Below, in pieces: positions 61,056 through 64,000 of a DNA stretch of 64,000 nucleotides (position 1 is the first letter of the stretch; each line of letters begins with the position of its first letter). The stretch is from positions 608,001 to 672,000 of the forward strand of contig CAVYSW010000010.1 in assembly GCA_963771275.1 (NCBI GenBank), given 5' to 3'. The translations under genes and the position numbers were made by a program. The notes under the pieces are model-generated. The model did no database searches. It was not told the origin of the DNA and was given only the letters and a program-made list of their open reading frames with translations. This stretch comes from an uncultured Gemmatimonadales bacterium. GTDB lineage: Bacteria > Gemmatimonadota > Gemmatimonadetes > Gemmatimonadales > GWC2-71-9.

Positions 61056-62447
61056 ATGTGTGGCATCTTCGGCGTTGCGGGCATTCCCGAGGCGGCGCAG
61101 CTGGTGTACCTCGGCCTCTACGCGCTGCAGCACCGCGGTCAGGAGTCGGCGGGGATCATATCGATCGAGCCGGACGGCGTGACCCACGCCCACCGCGGGA
61201 TGGGTCTCGTCAACGAAGTGTTCCCGCCGGCCGCGCTCGCGCAGCTCCACGGTGACGTCGCGATCGGGCATACCCGGTATTCCACGACGGGCAGCTCCGT
61301 GCTCGCCAACGCCCAGCCGAAGCTCGTCAACTATCACGGCGGCCCGCTGTCGCTCGCCCACAACGGCAACCTCATCAACGCCCAGGAAATCCGCGCGGAC
61401 CTCGTTCGCCAGGGTTCGATCTTCCAGTCGTCGTCCGATTCCGAGGTCCTCGTCCATCTCATCGCGCGATCCGACGCCCGACGCCCCGAGGATCAGATTC
61501 GGGACGCGCTTGATCGGGTGGAGGGGGCCTACACCCTGCTCCTCACGATCGGCCGGACCGTCTACGGCATCGTCGATCCGCGCGGGTTCCGGCCCCTGTC
61601 GGTCGGCCGGCTGGGAACCGGGTGGGTGCTCGCCTCGGAGACCTGCGCGCTCGACATCGTGGGCGCGCGCAAGGTCCGGGAGCTCGAGCCGGGCGAGTGG
61701 CTCAAGATCGAGCACGGCCGCTTGATCGACCTGCCGTCCCTCCCGGCGGCCACACCACGGCGCTGCATTTTCGAGCTGGTCTATTTCTCCCGGCCCGACA
61801 GCACGGTCTTCGGACATTCCGTCGACCGTGTCCGGCGGGCACTGGGGCACGCGCTCGGCCGCGAACATCCGGCCCCCGGAGCCGACTGCGTCTTCTCGGT
61901 CCCCGATTCGTCCAACGCCATGGCGCTGGGATTCGCCGAAGAGACCGGGGTCAAGCTGGAGCACGGGCTGATTCGCAACCACTATGTCGGCCGCACCTTC
62001 ATCAACCCGAGTCAGGCGGCGCGGACCGCGAAGGTGCGCATCAAGTTCAACCCGGTGCAGGACGTGATCGCCGGGAAGAGCGTGGTGGTGGTGGACGATT
62101 CCCTGGTGCGCGGCACCACCTCGCGAGAGCTCGTCCAGATGTTGCGGCAGGCTGGCGCCCGTGAAGTCCATTTCCGACTGGCGTCGCCGCCCATCACCGG
62201 CCCCTGCTACTATGGGATCGACACGCCGAATCGCAGTGAGCTCATCGCCTCGGACCACACGATCGACGAGATTCGTGCCCACCTCGGGGTGGACACGCTC
62301 GGCTACCTCTCCCTCGAGGGGATGCTCGGGGCCGTCGGCGCCGAAGACCGGTACTGCCACGCCTGCTTCTCGGGGCAATACCCCACACCCATCCCGGAAC
62401 ATCCGGACACACGCGACCGCGAGCCACTGCCTCTCGCCGCGGACTGA
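61056..62447 (+). CDS. purF: Amidophosphoribosyltransferase
   Basis: MCGIFG, LQHRGQESAG, GHTRYST, CIFELVYFSRPDS, VDDSLVRGTT, CYYGIDT, CHACF. Confidence 0.97.
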   Translation: MCGIFGVAGIPEAAQLVYLGLYALQHRGQESAGIISIEPDGVTHAHRGMGLVNEVFPPAALAQLHGDVAIGHTRYSTTGSSVLANAQPKLVNYHGGPLSLAHNGNLINAQEIRADLVRQGSIFQSSSDSEVLVHLIARSDARRPEDQIRDALDRVEGAYTLLLTIGRTVYGIVDPRGFRPLSVGRLGTGWVLASETCALDIVGARKVRELEPGEWLKIEHGRLIDLPSLPAATPRRCIFELVYFSRPDSTVFGHSVDRVRRALGHALGREHPAPGADCVFSVPDSSNAMALGFAEETGVKLEHGLIRNHYVGRTFINPSQAARTAKVRIKFNPVQDVIAGKSVVVVDDSLVRGTTSRELVQMLRQAGAREVHFRLASPPITGPCYYGIDTPNRSELIASDHTIDEIRAHLGVDTLGYLSLEGMLGAVGAEDRYCHACFSGQYPTPIPEHPDTRDREPLPLAAD

Positions 62448-62451
62448 CTCA

Positions 62452-64000
62452 ATGACTCAACACGTGTATTTCTTCGGCGATGGCGCTGCAGAAGGCGGCG
62501 CCACCATGAAGCCGCTGCTCGGCAGCAAGGGCGCCAACCTGGCCGAAATGGCCAACATCGGCATCCCGGTCCCGCCGGGCTTCACCATCTCCACACACGT
62601 GTGCCTGCAATACCTGACTGGGCGCGCCCTCCCGCCCGAGGTGAGTGATCAGATCCGCGCGGCGATGGGCCGGCTCGAGCGGGCGACCGGGCGGACGTTC
62701 GGCGGTGCGCGGAGCCCGTTGCTCGTGTCGGTGCGCTCCGGTGGCGCCGTGTCCATGCCGGGCATGATGGACACGATCCTCAACCTCGGTCTCAACGACG
62801 CCACCGTGCAGGCGCTCGCGCAGGAGTCTGGCAACCCCAGTTTCGCCTACGACTCGTTCCGTCGACTCATCCAGATGTACGGCGACGTGGTCTGCGCGCT
62901 CAAGGCGCAGCCGGGGGAGGAGGACCCGTTCGAGGCGGGGATCGAGGCCGCCAAGGCGGCACGCGGGGCCACGCGCGAGATCGACCTGCCACCCGACGAC
63001 CTTCGGGCGCTGGTCGTCCGCTTCAAGGGAATGGTGGCGCGGAGCGCGGGCCAACCGTTCCCCGAGGATCCCTGGGATCAGCTGTGGGGCGCGATCGAGG
63101 CGGTGTTCCGAAGCTGGAACAACCGCCGGGCCGTCGAGTACCGGCGCGTGCACCGGATCCCCGACGACATGGGCACAGCGGTGAACATCGTGGCGATGGT
63201 GTACGGGAACATGGGGGAGGATTGCGGCACCGGAGTCGCGTTCACGCGGAACCCGTCGACCGGCGAGCCGCAGCTCTATGGCGAGTTCCTGATCAACGCC
63301 CAGGGCGAGGATGTCGTGGCGGGGACCCGCGACCCACAACCCCTGGGCGAGATGGCGGGCTGGCTTCCCCGCTCTTACGAGCAGTTGCTCGACACGGCGG
63401 GCCGCCTGGAGCGGCATTACCGGGAGATGCAGGACCTCGAGTTCACCATCGAGCGCGGCAGGCTCTACCTCCTGCAGACGCGGACGGGGAAGCGCACCGG
63501 GACGGCGGCCGTGCGGGCCGCGGTGGACATGGTCCGGGAAGGGCTGATCACCCGCGCGGAGGCACTCCGCCGGGTGGATCCGGATCAGCTGAACCAACTG
63601 CTGCACCCCACCGTCGATCCCGACCAGCCGCTGGCGGAGATCGCGCAAGGCCTGCCCGCCTCCCCGGGCGCCGCCGTCGGCATGGTGGTGTTCGACGCCG
63701 AGACGGCCGTGGAGCGCGCGGGCCGGGGCGACCCCGTCATCCTGGTGCGCCGCGAAACCAGCCCCGACGACTTCCATGGCATGGCCGTCGCTCGGGCGAT
63801 TCTCACGGCACGCGGCGGCATGACCAGCCACGCGGCCGTGGTGGCACGCGGCATGGGAAAGTCGTGCGTGGCCGGCGCCAAGGAAATCGAGGTTGACGAG
63901 GGGCGTCGCCTGTTCCGCTCGCGCGGGCACGAGGTGCACGAGGGCGACTGGATCACGCTGGATGGCTCGTCCGGCGGAGTCATCCTGGGGAAGGCGGCGC
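62452..64000 (+). CDS. ppdK: Pyruvate phosphate dikinase, 3' end outside the window (absent from the ORF track because no stop is reached)
   Basis: Read manually: MTQHVYFFG, LLGSKGANLAEM, PVPPGFTI, LVSVRSG, SMPGMMDTILNLG, NAQGEDVVAG, GGMTSHAAVVARG (phospho-His near 63830). Confidence 0.96.
   Translation, partial: MTQHVYFFGDGAAEGGATMKPLLGSKGANLAEMANIGIPVPPGFTISTHVCLQYLTGRALPPEVSDQIRAAMGRLERATGRTFGGARSPLLVSVRSGGAVSMPGMMDTILNLGLNDATVQALAQESGNPSFAYDSFRRLIQMYGDVVCALKAQPGEEDPFEAGIEAAKAARGATREIDLPPDDLRALVVRFKGMVARSAGQPFPEDPWDQLWGAIEAVFRSWNNRRAVEYRRVHRIPDDMGTAVNIVAMVYGNMGEDCGTGVAFTRNPSTGEPQLYGEFLINAQGEDVVAGTRDPQPLGEMAGWLPRSYEQLLDTAGRLERHYREMQDLEFTIERGRLYLLQTRTGKRTGTAAVRAAVDMVREGLITRAEALRRVDPDQLNQLLHPTVDPDQPLAEIAQGLPASPGAAVGMVVFDAETAVERAGRGDPVILVRRETSPDDFHGMAVARAILTARGGMTSHAAVVARGMGKSCVAGAKEIEVDEGRRLFRSRGHEVHEGDWITLDGSSGGVILGKAA

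Noticed and set aside
62445..62460. TGACTCAA tandem duplication at the purF-ppdK junction
   Set aside because: Only 8 bp twice, with no inserted element; cannot be told apart from chance or slippage
62449..63939. 496-aa minus-strand ORF
   Set aside because: Antisense to ppdK, which the ORF track missed because it runs off the window

Overview
High-GC bacterial chromosome segment, densely coded, mostly housekeeping and metabolic genes. Gene content and order suggest Gemmatimonadota, which is an inference only. Left to right: (1) a CoA-ester catabolic operon (two crotonases, aldehyde dehydrogenase, PaaJ/PcaF-type thiolase, 3-hydroxyacyl-CoA dehydrogenase, amidohydrolase, DASS transporter); (2) rne/rng-rplU-rpmA; (3) nfeD-floA-hypothetical-acyl-CoA dehydrogenase; (4) a beta-propeller lipoprotein and a short RecQ; (5) a long minus-strand block: PTS IIA, aspS, phoH, 7TM-HD, ybeY, two CBS/CorC genes, DUF502, meaB, a B12 mutase with isobutyryl-CoA mutase signature residues, a bacterial eRF1-like protein, a B12-binding subunit, a carboxyltransferase, a TPPII-like S8 lipoprotein, split AtuA and a hydratase; (6) rlmN; (7) a trpC-trpB-[HEAT + HD-GYP]-trpA-folBK-panBC-yqeK-like operon, with lexA inverted between trpD and trpC; (8) truA-tal-htrA-purB-purC-psd-pssA, purF and a ppdK cut by the window end. 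I saw no tRNA, rRNA, CRISPR array or mobile element. Most notable: a HEAT/HD-GYP pair that appear to share an unnamed N-terminal domain, direct-repeat candidate SOS boxes at lexA, a structured ~170-nt rne/rng leader with interlocking helices, the mutase/AtuA/baeRF/TPPII cluster, and repeated leaderless-type promoter geometry. All calls come from motif reading by eye; no searches were run.
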